DNA of 64,000 nucleotides from Candidatus Latescibacterota bacterium (lineage in GTDB: Bacteria; Latescibacterota; UBA2968; UBA8231), in the NCBI GenBank assembly GCA_965248355.1, contig OZ252098.1, positions 3,808,001 through 3,872,000 on the forward strand, read 5' to 3'. A model generated the notes under the pieces. The model did not search any database and had not been told where the DNA came from. It saw only the letters and a program-made list of their open reading frames with translations. The position numbers were made by a program, and so were the translations under genes. Positions 27,601 through 37,772 of this stretch are shown here, piece after piece (within the stretch, counting starts at the first letter, position 1; each line of letters opens with the position of its first letter).

Positions 27601-30375
27601 GACGTGAACGTGCGGATCCCGCGGGACCGAATGACCGTGGTCTCCGGCGTCAGCGGCTCGGGCAAGTCGACCCTCGCCTTCGACACCATCTACGCCGAGG
27701 GGCAGCGCCGCTACGTCGAATCCCTGTCGGCCTATGCGCGCCAGTTCCTCGACCAGATGCAGAAGCCGAAGGTGGAGCGCATATCCGGCCTGTCGCCGGC
27801 CATCGCCATCGAGCAGAAGAGCCCGAGCCGGAACCCGCGCTCCACGGTGGGCACGGTGACCGAGGTCTACGACTACGTGCGCGCCCTCTTCGCCACCCTC
27901 GGCGCCCAGTACTGCCCGCGCTGCGAGGTGGCCGCGGGCTCGCAGACCGTGGATCAGATGGTCGACCGGATCCTGGCCATGCCCCGGGGCCGGCGTCTGC
28001 TGCTGCTGGCGCCGATGGAGCCCACCCGCAACGAGGGCTACGAGACCCTGCTGCGCCACGCCCGCCAGGACGGCTATGCCCGCGCCCGCGTCGACGGCGA
28101 GTTGCGCGAGCTCTCCGCCGAGGTGGAGCTCGATCGCCGCCTGCGCCACCGGGTGGAGCTGGTGGTCGACCGCGCCGTCGTCTCCGCCGCCCAGCGGGGA
28201 CGCCTGGCCGAGTCGGTGGAGCGCGCTCTCGAGCTCTCCTCCGGGGAGCTGGTCGTCGCCGGGGCCGACGACGGCGAGGAGGTCCGCTACAGCCGCCGGT
28301 TCTCCTGCCCGGACTGCGGCCGCGGCTTTGCGCCGCTGGCCCCCCAGTCCTTCTCCTTCAACCATCACGACGGCATGTGCCCGGAGTGCGGCGGGCTCGG
28401 AACGGGAGAGGGCGTCGACCGCGAGGCCCTGCTGCCCGATCGCCGCCTGAGCGTCCGGGAGGGGGCGGTCGAGCTCTGGGGCCCGCTGGAGGGGGCATCG
28501 GCTTTCGCCCGGTACCTCGCGGCCGCGGCGGACACTCTCGGCTTCGATCTGGATACGCCGGTGGGCCAGATGTCCGCCGACGCGCGACGCGCCTTCTTCT
28601 ACGGGGGCTCGGTACCCGTGGAGCTGCCCGGCGGCGCATGGGCGCGCTACTCCGGGCTTCTGCCCACGGTGGACGAGATGGCGCGCCAGGTGCCGCGCTA
28701 CAAGTCGCTGCTCAAGGAGGTCGACTGCTCGGCCTGCGAGGGCAGCCGTCTGAAGCCGGAGAGCCGTGCCGTGCGCCTGCGCCAGGCCACCATCGTGGAC
28801 CTGCAGCGCCGGCCCATCGCCGAGTGCGCCTCCTTCTTCGACAATCTGGAGCTCGACGAGCGCGAGGCCGGCGTCGCCGGGGAGCTGCTGGCCGAGGTGC
28901 GCAGCCGCCTGAGGTTCCTCCACCGCGTCGGCCTGGGGTACGTCACCCTCGACCGGCGCGCCGCCACCCTGTCGGGGGGGGAGGCGCAGCGCATCCGCCT
29001 GGCCGGCCAGATCGGCTCCGGCCTCACCGGCGTCCTCTACCTTCTGGACGAGCCGACCATCGGCCTTCACCCGCGCGACAACCGCCGGCTGCTGCAGGCC
29101 CTCCAGGACCTGCGCGACCTGGGCAACACGGTGGTCGTCGTCGAGCATGACCGCGACACCCTGGAGCGAGCCGATCACATCGTCGACCTCGGACCGGGCG
29201 CCGGATCCGAGGGCGGGCGCGTCGTCGCCTCCGGCTCCCCCGACAAGCTCCGGTCCCTGAAGGGCCCCACGGCCGGGCAGCCCCCGGAGTCGAGCACCGC
29301 GGCCTATCTGCGCGGGCAGTTGAGCATCGACGTCCCGGGCCGGCGGCGCTCCCCCGGCGAGGCCAGCCTCATCGTCCGTGGAGCGCGCCAGAACAACCTG
29401 CAGAACATCGACGTGAGCATTCCGCTGGGGATCTTCACGGCCGTCACCGGCGTGTCGGGCTCTGGCAAGAGCTCCCTGGTGGAGGAGATCCTGTACGCCG
29501 GCCTGGCCGCCGAGCTGGACGGCTCCCAGCGCCAGCGCGGCGACTGCGACGGGATCGAGGGCGTCGAGCATATCGACAAGGTGATCAACATCGACCAGGC
29601 CCCGATCGGCCACTCGCCTCGGAGCACGCCGGCGACGGTGATGGGCGTCTTCGACCACGTGCGCCAGCTCTACGCCCGCCTGCCCGAGGCCCGCCTGCGG
29701 GGGTTCGCGGTGGGCCGCTTCAGCTTCAACCGCGCCGGCGGGCGCTGCGAGGCCTGCGAGGGGCTGGGCTCGCGCTGCATCGAGATGCACTTCCTCCCCG
29801 ACGTTTGGGTGCGCTGCGAGGCCTGCAAGGGCCGGCGCTACAACGCCGACGTGCTGGCCGTGACGTTCAGGGGGCATTCGATCTCCGACGTCCTCGAAAT
29901 GACCGTCGCTTCGGCGCGGTCCCTGTTCGCCAACATCGGCGCCCTGCGGGATCGGCTGCAGATCATGGAGGACGTGGGCCTGGGATACATGTCTCTCGGC
30001 CAGTCCTCGACGACGCTCTCGGGCGGGGAGGCTCAGCGGCTCAAGCTCGCCTCCGAGCTGGTGCGGCCGGGCACGGGGCGGACCGTCTACCTCATGGACG
30101 AGCCCACCACGGGACTGCACTTCGCGGACATTCAGCGCCTCCTGCAGGTCGTCCAACGCCTCGTGGAAGCCGGCAACACGTTGATCGTCGTCGAGCACAA
30201 CCTCGACATCATCAAGACCGCGGACTACGTCATCGACCTCGGGCCCGAAGGGGGCGCGGAGGGAGGCCTCGTCGTCGCCGCCGGAACACCGGAGGAGCTG
30301 GCCCGCGAGAAGGGCTCCCATACGGGCCGGTTCCTCCGGCCGTTGCTGCCCACCCCGCGGCGCCAGCGCGCCTGA
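24652..30375 (+). CDS. uvrA: Excinuclease ABC subunit A, tandem-duplicated (two complete UvrA modules)
   Basis: Four GVSGSGKS Walker A motifs, four (L/V)SGGExQR signatures, four DEP(S/T)xGLH Walker B motifs and zinc-binding CxxC pairs; the second module starts near 27560. Confidence 0.95.
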   Translation: MESGLLRVRGARVHNLRNVDLELPKNRLICFTGVSGSGKSSMAFDTIYAEGQRRYVASLSAYARQFLGQLEKPDVDQITGLAPTISISQKAGGANPRSTVGTITEIYDYLRVLYARCGTPHCVRCGGEIVAQTRDQVVGRIAALPPGRRILLLAPVVDNRRGEYQELFEELHRDGYLRVRVDGQLFTLDVPPELDRYSRHSIEVVVDRLVIREEMGGRLDEAVDGALRLGSGSLIVADGGDGSGEPGREPLEDWFLSANFDCPACGISYAEPTPQMFSFNNPSGMCPDCDGLGTKMIVNEGRLVPDAAKSLREGAVEPLGDIAANRWRYHLYEGAAKHLGFTLDTAWEELSSGQKASFLQGIDDRKIRFVYSGRKGHSWTHDDRYEGALKLIEERLHHGNAKVRRDLGRYVRTGLCPSCHGGRLRGEALAVLLGGSPLPEITALPIEASRQFFHGLELSDEKAFIAEDALKEIRGRLDLLDEIGLGYLTLDRGADTVSGGESQRIRLASQIGSGLVGVLYILDEPSIGLHARDNQQLLDTLKRLRDVGNTVIVVEHDEETMRQCDLVVDFGPGAGDRGGRVLITGAPEEVAAEESSLTGRYLTGRERIAIPSRRRPAQDRWLTVKGARHNNLRTGDVKIPLGLFACVTGVSGSGKSSLVNDILFKELDNRLHRARTQPGDHDDIEGVEHLDKVIRIDQRPIGRTPRSNPATYTDLFTPIRQLFAQLPESRLRGYKQGRFSFNVRGGRCEACDGNGAILVEMEFLADVWVTCEACAGQRFNRETLGVRYRGRSIAEVLDMEVGDALGLFENIPQIRRILQTLHDVGLGYIRLGQPAPTLSGGEAQRVKLSKELCRRGTGRTLYLLDEPTTGLHFADIDKLLAILHRLAEAGNTVVVIEHNMEVIKTADWILDMGPEGGAAGGLVVAEGQPEEVAKVSGSHTGRTLAGVLDPEPRAGRPVTAERGAREEAIREISVVGASMHNLRDVNVRIPRDRMTVVSGVSGSGKSTLAFDTIYAEGQRRYVESLSAYARQFLDQMQKPKVERISGLSPAIAIEQKSPSRNPRSTVGTVTEVYDYVRALFATLGAQYCPRCEVAAGSQTVDQMVDRILAMPRGRRLLLLAPMEPTRNEGYETLLRHARQDGYARARVDGELRELSAEVELDRRLRHRVELVVDRAVVSAAQRGRLAESVERALELSSGELVVAGADDGEEVRYSRRFSCPDCGRGFAPLAPQSFSFNHHDGMCPECGGLGTGEGVDREALLPDRRLSVREGAVELWGPLEGASAFARYLAAAADTLGFDLDTPVGQMSADARRAFFYGGSVPVELPGGAWARYSGLLPTVDEMARQVPRYKSLLKEVDCSACEGSRLKPESRAVRLRQATIVDLQRRPIAECASFFDNLELDEREAGVAGELLAEVRSRLRFLHRVGLGYVTLDRRAATLSGGEAQRIRLAGQIGSGLTGVLYLLDEPTIGLHPRDNRRLLQALQDLRDLGNTVVVVEHDRDTLERADHIVDLGPGAGSEGGRVVASGSPDKLRSLKGPTAGQPPESSTAAYLRGQLSIDVPGRRRSPGEASLIVRGARQNNLQNIDVSIPLGIFTAVTGVSGSGKSSLVEEILYAGLAAELDGSQRQRGDCDGIEGVEHIDKVINIDQAPIGHSPRSTPATVMGVFDHVRQLYARLPEARLRGFAVGRFSFNRAGGRCEACEGLGSRCIEMHFLPDVWVRCEACKGRRYNADVLAVTFRGHSISDVLEMTVASARSLFANIGALRDRLQIMEDVGLGYMSLGQSSTTLSGGEAQRLKLASELVRPGTGRTVYLMDEPTTGLHFADIQRLLQVVQRLVEAGNTLIVVEHNLDIIKTADYVIDLGPEGGAEGGLVVAAGTPEELAREKGSHTGRFLRPLLPTPRRQRA

Positions 30376-30404
30376 CCCGTGAACCGCTCGCGCCGGTCCT
30401 CCCC

Positions 30405-31058
30405 ATGAGCCTGCTCAGCGTTCCCCACCGGGCCTTCTTCGGCTTCGCCTTTCCCTGCCGCTACCGGGAGGACCCGCCGGTGGTCGACGGGAACCTGGGC
30501 GACTGGGACTCGTCCTACCGGATCCCGCCCCTGCTGGAGGTCGACGGGGGTTCCAGCTTCGCCGATCTCTACATGGCCTGGAGCGACGCGGGCCTGTGGT
30601 TCGCCGCCCACGTGAAGGGCAAGCGGCGCTTCAAGGTCGATCCCCGCAACTACTGGCAGGCCGACTGCTTTGAGGTGTGGATCGATACCCGCGACGTGAA
30701 GGACAGCCACCGCGCCAACCGCTATTGCCACCACTTCCTCTTTCTGCCGGGAGGCAGCGGCCGGGACGGCAAGGAGCCGATCGGGCGTCAGACATCGATC
30801 GACAGGGCCCGGGAGCAGGCGCCCCCCTGCCCCGAGGAGGCCCTGCAGGTGGGACTGCGACGCCTGAAGCGGAGCTATCGGATGGAGGTCTTCGTGCCGG
30901 CGGAGGGTCTCAACGGCTTCCGCCCTCGAGAGTTCGACCGGATCGGCTTCAACTACGTGCTCAACGACGTCGATCACGGATCCCAGTCATGGTCCGTCGA
31001 TCGCGCGCCCCCCTTCTTCTCCGACCCCAGCCGCTGGGGCACCGCGGAGCTGCGCTGA
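30405..31058 (+). CDS. CBM9/DOMON-like sugar-binding domain protein
   Basis: PVVDGNLGDW, LYMAWSDAGLWFA, DCFEVWIDT, IGFNYVLND and PSRWG motifs. Confidence 0.7.
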   Translation: MSLLSVPHRAFFGFAFPCRYREDPPVVDGNLGDWDSSYRIPPLLEVDGGSSFADLYMAWSDAGLWFAAHVKGKRRFKVDPRNYWQADCFEVWIDTRDVKDSHRANRYCHHFLFLPGGSGRDGKEPIGRQTSIDRAREQAPPCPEEALQVGLRRLKRSYRMEVFVPAEGLNGFRPREFDRIGFNYVLNDVDHGSQSWSVDRAPPFFSDPSRWGTAELR

Positions 31059-31119
31059 CGTCATTCACCTCCGGGTTCCTTTCCGAGCCTGAGGGCCACC
31101 CGTACCTTAAATCCTTCCC

Positions 31120-33915
31120 ATGACCCCACTACAATTGCACCGCGTTGGCGGCGGGGCGGTCTTCCTGATCACCCTCGGCCTGTACACCCAGACCATGGCT
31201 CCCTCCACCTCCTTCTGGGACACGGGCGAGTTCATTACCAGCTCCCATATCCTGGGGATTCCCCATCCACCCGGGTCGCCCCTGTACGTCCTCCTGGGCC
31301 GCGTCTTCAGCCTCTTCCCGGTGGGCACGGTAGCCAACCGGGTCGTCTTCATGTCCGTCCTGGCTTCGGCCCTGGCCGTCTGGTTCACCTACCAGAGCGC
31401 CGTGGCCCTCTCCCGGCGCGCCATGGGGGGCGAGGCGCTGCGCTCCTTCGGGGACGCGCGCGACTGGACCGCCACCCTTGGATCGGTCGTCGCCGCTCTG
31501 TGCCTGGCCACCTCCTACACCTTCTGGTTCAACGGCACCGAGGCCGAGGTCTACGCCTACTCGCTGTTCTTCGTCTGCGGAGGTCTGTGGCTGATCCTCT
31601 ACTGGGAGGGCACTCGCCACGGCGCCGGCAACGACCGCTGGCTGTTCTTCATCGCCTATTTCTTCGGTCTCGGGGGCGGCCTCCACCTCCTGTGTCTCCT
31701 GACCATCCCCAGTCTCGTGCTGCTGGCCTGGTTCGGCGACCGCCAGCTGAGGAGGGTCATCCTCATCCTGCTCGTCGCCGGACTCACCGGCGCCGTGGCC
31801 ATGAGCGCCTTCGCGCCGCAGCCGCCGACGGCGGAGCTGCTCGCCGTGGCCGCCGCCGCGGCGGCCATCGCCCTGTGTCTGTACGTCGGCCTGGCGCACC
31901 CGGAGTACCGCAACACCCTGGCGGTGATGGTCGTCATCGGCGTGGCCGTGGTCCTCGCCCGGGCCCTCGACTCGACCCCGGTCCTGATCTTCGTCCTCCT
32001 GGCGGCCGGCATCGGCCTGACGGTGCACCTCTACCAGGAAGACCGCCGGGCCCTGGGGCTGATGGCCGGCGCCGGCGTCCTGTTCTTCCTCGGCTACTCG
32101 ACCTACATGGCCCTGTTCCTGCGCTCGGGGCTGAACCCGGCCATCGACATGAACGACCCGGAGAACCTGGGCAACTTCCTCTCCTTTCTCCGCCGCGAGC
32201 AATACGGCACCGAGAGCCAGTTGCTGGGGATGCTCACGCCCCGCGCCGACCGCGTCTACCAGCTGTGGCACCAGCAGTTCAAGTACTTCCTGCAGCAGTG
32301 GCCCTTCCCCGCCCTCGAGCGGGACATGATGTTCCGCTGGGCCACCGAGAGGTCACCCCACGTCATCTCCGTCTCCCTCGTGCCGCTGCTGGCGGGCGTC
32401 ATGGGCCTGGGGTGGCAGCTGCAGCGGGACTGGCGTCGGTTCCTGGCCCTGTTCCTGCTGTTCCTGGTCATGGGCTTCGGGTTGTCCCTCTACCTGAACA
32501 TGCCCGACCCCCAACCGCGCGAACGCCACTACGTGTTCGGAGGCATGTTCCTGGCCTGGGTCCTGTGGATGGGGCTCGGCTGGACGGCCGTGGTCGAGGA
32601 GTTGCGCAAGCGGCTGTCCTTGCGGACCGGCTGGGTCGCCGCCCTCTCCTGTGCCGGGCTCCTGCTGCCGGCCGGCGTCGGCGCCAGGCTGCACCACATC
32701 GAGGACCGCCGGGGGGACTACATCGCCTGGGACTACGCCTACAACCTGCTGCAGTCCTGCGACGAGAACTCGCTGCTGTTCACCAACGGCGACAACGACA
32801 CCTTCCCTCTCTGGTTCCTGCAGCACGTGGAGGGCATCCGCCGGGACGTGAGCATCATCAACCTGAGCCTGCTGAACACGGGGTGGTACATCAAGCAGCT
32901 GCGAGACCGCGAGCCCCGGGTGGCCATGTCCCGGGGCGACGGCCCCCCCCTGAGCGACGTCTTCATCGACTCGACCCTCACCGACACGCAGCTGGTCGAT
33001 CTCTCCAAGAGGCTGTGGCGGACGCCCAGGAAGCCTCGGGAGTTCAGGGACCTCGGGCTCGACGTGCAGGTCTCGGCGTTGCCGGGCCACGAGCTGCTGC
33101 GGGTGCAGGACATCATGGTCATCGGCATCGTCTACTGGAACGACTTCAGGCGCCCCGTCCACTTCGCCATCACCGTGGCCGGCTCCAACCGCGTCGGTCT
33201 CGACCCCTATCTCGAGATGGAGGGCATGACCCTGAAGCTGAAGCGGGAGAAAATCCAGGGAAGCGGAAACGCCGAGGCCCTGGCCCGCAACCTGATGGAG
33301 GTCTACCGGTTCCGAGGCGTCCGGGACGAGTCGATCTACAAGGACGACAACACGAGCCGCCTGCTGCAGAACTACCGGGCCTGCGTCCTGACCCTGTCCG
33401 ACATCTACCAGACGGAGGGACGCATCGACGAGATGGCCCGGTTGCTCCGTTGGGCGGAGGAGAACATCCCCATGGGCTGGGAGGGCCTCTACGCGGCCAG
33501 CGAGAACTACCGGCGAGCGGGACGGGCCGAGCTGGCCGCCGAGTTCGTCGAGAAGGCGGCTCAGGGGCTCATCGAGCGTTACGGCGAGGATCCGTCGGCG
33601 ACCTACGACAACGGTCTGGCCCTGGCCAGCATCCTCTACAACGACTACGGCGCCTTCGCGAGCGCCGAGGACATCTACCGGGGCACCATCGCCCTGCAAC
33701 CCCGGGCCTACGCCGGTTACCACGAGCTGGCCGCCACGTTGCAGGCAGGTGGCCGCACAGGAGAGGCCCTGGCGGTGGTGGATCGGTATGTCGAGGAGTA
33801 CGGGGAGCTCGACTCCGCCAGCGTGGACCGGGAAGTCCTGGTCAACGCCATGCAGCGCCTCGAGGCGTCCGGCGCCGAAGCGCCGGGAACCGAGTCCGGC
33901 GCACCGACGGAATGA
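31120..33915 (+). CDS. DUF2723 / TMEM260-like GT-C glycosyltransferase (GT117) with TPR-like C-terminus
   Basis: FWDTGEF...GIPHPPGSPLY, EAEVY, many TM helices, PRERHY and FTNGDNDTFPLW motifs. Confidence 0.88.
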   Translation: MTPLQLHRVGGGAVFLITLGLYTQTMAPSTSFWDTGEFITSSHILGIPHPPGSPLYVLLGRVFSLFPVGTVANRVVFMSVLASALAVWFTYQSAVALSRRAMGGEALRSFGDARDWTATLGSVVAALCLATSYTFWFNGTEAEVYAYSLFFVCGGLWLILYWEGTRHGAGNDRWLFFIAYFFGLGGGLHLLCLLTIPSLVLLAWFGDRQLRRVILILLVAGLTGAVAMSAFAPQPPTAELLAVAAAAAAIALCLYVGLAHPEYRNTLAVMVVIGVAVVLARALDSTPVLIFVLLAAGIGLTVHLYQEDRRALGLMAGAGVLFFLGYSTYMALFLRSGLNPAIDMNDPENLGNFLSFLRREQYGTESQLLGMLTPRADRVYQLWHQQFKYFLQQWPFPALERDMMFRWATERSPHVISVSLVPLLAGVMGLGWQLQRDWRRFLALFLLFLVMGFGLSLYLNMPDPQPRERHYVFGGMFLAWVLWMGLGWTAVVEELRKRLSLRTGWVAALSCAGLLLPAGVGARLHHIEDRRGDYIAWDYAYNLLQSCDENSLLFTNGDNDTFPLWFLQHVEGIRRDVSIINLSLLNTGWYIKQLRDREPRVAMSRGDGPPLSDVFIDSTLTDTQLVDLSKRLWRTPRKPREFRDLGLDVQVSALPGHELLRVQDIMVIGIVYWNDFRRPVHFAITVAGSNRVGLDPYLEMEGMTLKLKREKIQGSGNAEALARNLMEVYRFRGVRDESIYKDDNTSRLLQNYRACVLTLSDIYQTEGRIDEMARLLRWAEENIPMGWEGLYAASENYRRAGRAELAAEFVEKAAQGLIERYGEDPSATYDNGLALASILYNDYGAFASAEDIYRGTIALQPRAYAGYHELAATLQAGGRTGEALAVVDRYVEEYGELDSASVDREVLVNAMQRLEASGAEAPGTESGAPTE

Positions 33916-34958
33916 CCTCCGGGCCGGAGCCGGCCACGACGGTCGTCATCCCCCACTACCGGGCCGACACTCTCTGCGACTGTCTGGCCTCCCTGTACCG
34001 GCCCAGCGACCGGCCCGTGCGCGTCCTGGTCGTCGACGACGGCGGCGGCGGACAGGCCCTGCGGCGGGCCCGCTCCCGGTTCCCCCAGGTGGAGATTCTG
34101 CGAAACGACCGGCGCCTCGGTTTCGCCGGCTCCTGCAACCGGGGCCTGGAGGCGGCTGACACACCCTTCGCCCTGCTCCTCAACGACGATACGCGCGTGA
34201 CGCCGGGCTGGCTCGCCCCCCTGGAGGACGCGGCCCGGGCGGTTCCGGGGGTCGCTGTCTGCCAGCCCAAGCTGCTGTCGGAGACCCGTCCCGGGTACTT
34301 CGACCCCAGCGGCGCCGCCGGCGGCTACATCGACCGGTTTGGGTACACCTTCTGCCGGGGACGGGTCTTCGACACGGTTGAGCCCGATGTTGGCCAGTAC
34401 GACCGGTCCCGGGAGCTGTTCTGGGCCTGCGGCACGGCCATGTTCCTGCGTCTCGAGGCGGTCCGCGAGGTGGGCCCCCTCGATCTCGACTACTTCATGC
34501 ACTTCGAGGAGATCGACCTGTGCTGGCGCCTGCGCCTGGCCGGTTGGCGGATCCTTTCGGTGCCGGAGTCAAGGGTCTTCCACCACGCCGCCCGGTCCCT
34601 GCCGTCGGACAGCTTCCGCAAGGTCTACCTCAACCACCGCAACAACCTGGTGGCCCTCATCAAGAATCTCCCCGCCCGCAGGCTGTTGTGGCTGCTCCCC
34701 GTGAGGGTTCTCCTGGAGTTGCTCGCCTGCGCGCTGTACGTCGGGCGCCGCCGCCCGCTGTGCGCCGCCGCGCCTCTTGCCAGCCTGGCCTGGATCGCCG
34801 CTCATCCGGCCAACCTTTGGCGCCGCCGCCGCACCAGCCGTCGTCTCGCCGCCGGCGGCCGGGAGGTGATCGAGGCAGGGGTGTTCGCGGGCAGCGCGCT
34901 GATCCACTACTACCTGCTCCGGCGGCGGACGGCGGCGGAGCTGATGGGAGAGGGCTGA
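33912..34958 (+). CDS. Family 2 glycosyltransferase
   Basis: VVDD, LGFAGSCN, LLNDD, FWACG and HFEEIDLCWR motifs; ATGA overlap with the upstream gene. Confidence 0.92.
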   Translation: MTSGPEPATTVVIPHYRADTLCDCLASLYRPSDRPVRVLVVDDGGGGQALRRARSRFPQVEILRNDRRLGFAGSCNRGLEAADTPFALLLNDDTRVTPGWLAPLEDAARAVPGVAVCQPKLLSETRPGYFDPSGAAGGYIDRFGYTFCRGRVFDTVEPDVGQYDRSRELFWACGTAMFLRLEAVREVGPLDLDYFMHFEEIDLCWRLRLAGWRILSVPESRVFHHAARSLPSDSFRKVYLNHRNNLVALIKNLPARRLLWLLPVRVLLELLACALYVGRRRPLCAAAPLASLAWIAAHPANLWRRRRTSRRLAAGGREVIEAGVFAGSALIHYYLLRRRTAAELMGEG

Positions 34959-35968
34959 TGGAGGCCTCGGAGTCCCGGGGAGTGTCCCGTGACGGCCCTC
35001 CGGGGCGGCGGGCCCTGCGCCGGATCGGCGATCCGGTCCTCAAGCTCCTGGTCAGCGGCGGGCTTCTCTACTGGCTGCTGTCGCAGTCCGACCTGGAGGC
35101 CTTCGCCCGCGTCCTGAGCCGCACCGACGGGGCCTTGTTCGTCGCCGGCGCGGGTCTCTTCGTGCTCAGCAACGTCCTCGGCGCGGGGCAGTGGTACCTG
35201 CTGCTGCGCGGCCAGTCCCTGGCCGTCTCCCCGAGGCAGACGGCGGTCGTCTACTGGGTGGGCGTGTTCTTCAACAACCTGCTCCCCGGCAACATCGGCG
35301 GCGACGCCATGCGCATCTACGACGTGCGCCGTCTCACCGGGGCCACCAGCCGGGCCGCGGCCGCCACCTTCATGGACCGCTTCATCGGGCTGTTCTCCAC
35401 ATGCTGCCTGGCCCTCGGGGCCTGCGCCCTGGTGGCCGACGTCCGGCGTCCCGGTCTCGTCACCCTTCTCGGTACCGTGTGGCTGGCCCTGGCGGCCCTG
35501 CTGGCCATGGGGCTGAGCCGGCGGCTCGGCCGCCGCGTCCGCCGGATTCTCGACCTCCTGCTGCCGAGCCGCCTCGCGGGGGGCGTCGAGAGATTGCGCT
35601 CCCGCATCGCCGTCTACCGCGAGCAGGCGGGCCTGCTGGCCGCCGCCTGGGCGGTCTCCCTCGGGGTGCAGTTCAGCCGCATCCTCGTCTACTGGGCCGC
35701 CGGTCTGGCCGTCGGCCTCGAGGTGGGCCTGCGCTACTTCGTCGGCTTTCAGCCCGCGGCAGCCATCGTCGCCGCCCTGCCGATCTCCGTGGGCGGCCTC
35801 GGTGTGCGGGAGGGCGTTCTGGTGGAGCTCTTCGCAGGCGTGGGGGTCGACGAGAGCCTCGCCTTCGCCACGTCCCTGCTGGGCTACGCCGCCGGCATCA
35901 GCGCCAGCGCTCTCGGCGGGGTGGCCTTCGTGCTGCGCCGGCCCCGGCGGGAGGCCGGAGCCGCCTGA
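34958..35968 (+). CDS. Lysylphosphatidylglycerol-synthase-TM (UPF0104) flippase-like membrane protein
   Basis: FFNNLLPGNIGGDA, DRFIG and LPISVGGLGVREG motifs; TGATG coupling. Confidence 0.88.
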   Translation: MEASESRGVSRDGPPGRRALRRIGDPVLKLLVSGGLLYWLLSQSDLEAFARVLSRTDGALFVAGAGLFVLSNVLGAGQWYLLLRGQSLAVSPRQTAVVYWVGVFFNNLLPGNIGGDAMRIYDVRRLTGATSRAAAATFMDRFIGLFSTCCLALGACALVADVRRPGLVTLLGTVWLALAALLAMGLSRRLGRRVRRILDLLLPSRLAGGVERLRSRIAVYREQAGLLAAAWAVSLGVQFSRILVYWAAGLAVGLEVGLRYFVGFQPAAAIVAALPISVGGLGVREGVLVELFAGVGVDESLAFATSLLGYAAGISASALGGVAFVLRRPRREAGAA

Positions 35969-37134
35969 TGGTGCAGCTCGGCTGCGAGCGGCTCTTCGAG
36001 GATCCCCGGGCCTTCCGTCTCATACGGGGCCGCCGGGTGGGGCTGGTGACCAATCCCTCCGGCGTCGACCGGCGCCTGCGGGCCACGGCCGACCTGCTGC
36101 ACGTCCGCCCCGGCCCCGAGCTGGTCCTGCTCTTCGGCCCCGAGCACGGGATCCGGGGCGACGCCGAGGACGGGGTCCCGGTGGAGACCGCCATCGACGA
36201 CCGCACGGGTGTGCCCGCCGTGAGTCTCTACGGCGAGCGCCGCCAGCCTTCGCCCGGGGAACTCGAGCAACTCGACGTGCTGCTCTTCGACATCCAGGAC
36301 GTGGGCGTCCGGTTCTACACCTATCTCTACACCATGACCCTGGCCATGGAGGCCTGCGCCGAGGCGGGGGTTCCCTTCGTGGTTCTCGACAGGCCGAACC
36401 CGCTCGGCGGGCTCGTGGTGGAGGGGAACATGCTCGACGCGCCGGCCTTCGCCTCCTTCGTGGGACGGTACCCGATTCCGGTGCGCTATGGCCTGACCAT
36501 CGGCGAGCTGGCGCGGCTGTTCAACGAGGAGTTCGGGATCGGCGCCGAGCTGCACGTCGTCGAGATGAGGGGCTGGCGACGAAGCATGCAGTGGCCGGAC
36601 ACGTCCCTGCACTGGGTGCCGCCGTCGCCGAACATGCCGACGCCGGAGACCGTGGCCGTCTACCCGGGTATGTGCTTCTTCGAGGGCACCAACGTCTCCG
36701 AAGGCCGCGGCACGGCCCTCCCCTTCGAGCAGATCGGCGCGCCTTACATGGACGGCTTCGTCCTCGCCGCCCGCATCGATGCCCTGGGACTGCCGGGCGT
36801 CGCCGTCCGCCCCGTCTTCTTCCGGCCTGCCTTCGGCAAGCACGAGGGCCTTTCCTGCGCGGGGATCCAGCTGCACACCACGGGCGACGAGGCCTTCTCC
36901 CCCGTGCGCACCGGCTTCCACCTGCTCTCCGAGGCGCGGCGCGGCTGGCCGGAGGACTTCGGGTGGCGCACGAACCCCGAGGGCATCCACAACTTCGACA
37001 AGCTCGCCGGCACGGACCGGATCCGCGCGGCCCTGGACGGCGGCGCCGCCGTGGACGACCTGATCGAGGAGTGGGCGCGGGAGCGGCTCCCCTTCGAGGA
37101 GTGCCGGCGGCGGTACCTTCGCTATCCCGGGTGA
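35968..37134 (+). CDS. namZ: DUF1343 exo-beta-N-acetylmuramidase
   Basis: FGPEHG, DIQDVGVRFYTY, LDRPNP, PPSPNMP and SEGRGT motifs. Confidence 0.9.
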   Translation: MVQLGCERLFEDPRAFRLIRGRRVGLVTNPSGVDRRLRATADLLHVRPGPELVLLFGPEHGIRGDAEDGVPVETAIDDRTGVPAVSLYGERRQPSPGELEQLDVLLFDIQDVGVRFYTYLYTMTLAMEACAEAGVPFVVLDRPNPLGGLVVEGNMLDAPAFASFVGRYPIPVRYGLTIGELARLFNEEFGIGAELHVVEMRGWRRSMQWPDTSLHWVPPSPNMPTPETVAVYPGMCFFEGTNVSEGRGTALPFEQIGAPYMDGFVLAARIDALGLPGVAVRPVFFRPAFGKHEGLSCAGIQLHTTGDEAFSPVRTGFHLLSEARRGWPEDFGWRTNPEGIHNFDKLAGTDRIRAALDGGAAVDDLIEEWARERLPFEECRRRYLRYPG

Positions 37135-37178
37135 GGGCTCGTTGACCGGGTTTCTGCGGCCGGCTTGATTCTCCGCCC

Positions 37179-37772
37179 ATGCCGGCGCCGCTCGAACCAG
37201 GAACTTTCCTGATCGCCTCTCTCGGCCTGGAGGATCCCGCCTTCTCCAGGACCATCGTCCTCATCCTGCAGCACCGGCCCGATGAGTCCACCCTCGGGGT
37301 GGTCATCAACCGCCCGCTGGGAGACCGGTCCACGCTCTATCCGAGAGAAGAGCTCGACCGTCTTACGGAGGGATTGGGCGAGGGCGCCGAGCGCCGCGGT
37401 GGACTGTTGTACCAGGGAGGTCCGGTCGAGCCGGGCTCCCTGATCTTCCTGCACCGGGTCGAGCACTTGCGCGGAGACGCGGCCGCGATCCGGCCCGGCC
37501 TGTTCACCGGCGGAGATCTGGACGCGCTGCGTGAGCACAGCGCCGCAGCCGGGGATGAAGGCCCCTTCCTGCGCTTCTTTCTCGGATATTCCGAGTGGCA
37601 TCCCGGCCAGTTGGAGTCCGAGATCGCCCTGGGGGCCTGGATCCTGGCCCCCGGCGATGTCGATCTGGTCTTCAGCAGCGATCCGAAGGCCATGTGGCAG
37701 CGGGCCCTGCTCGCCCTGGGCGGCAAGTACGCCCCCATGTCCTTCATCCCCGAGGACCCGGCTCTGAACTAG
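37179..37772 (+). CDS. YqgE/AlgH family protein
   Basis: DPAFSRT, GVVINRP, GGPV, GYSEW and GQLESEI motifs. Confidence 0.9.
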   Translation: MPAPLEPGTFLIASLGLEDPAFSRTIVLILQHRPDESTLGVVINRPLGDRSTLYPREELDRLTEGLGEGAERRGGLLYQGGPVEPGSLIFLHRVEHLRGDAAAIRPGLFTGGDLDALREHSAAAGDEGPFLRFFLGYSEWHPGQLESEIALGAWILAPGDVDLVFSSDPKAMWQRALLALGGKYAPMSFIPEDPALN

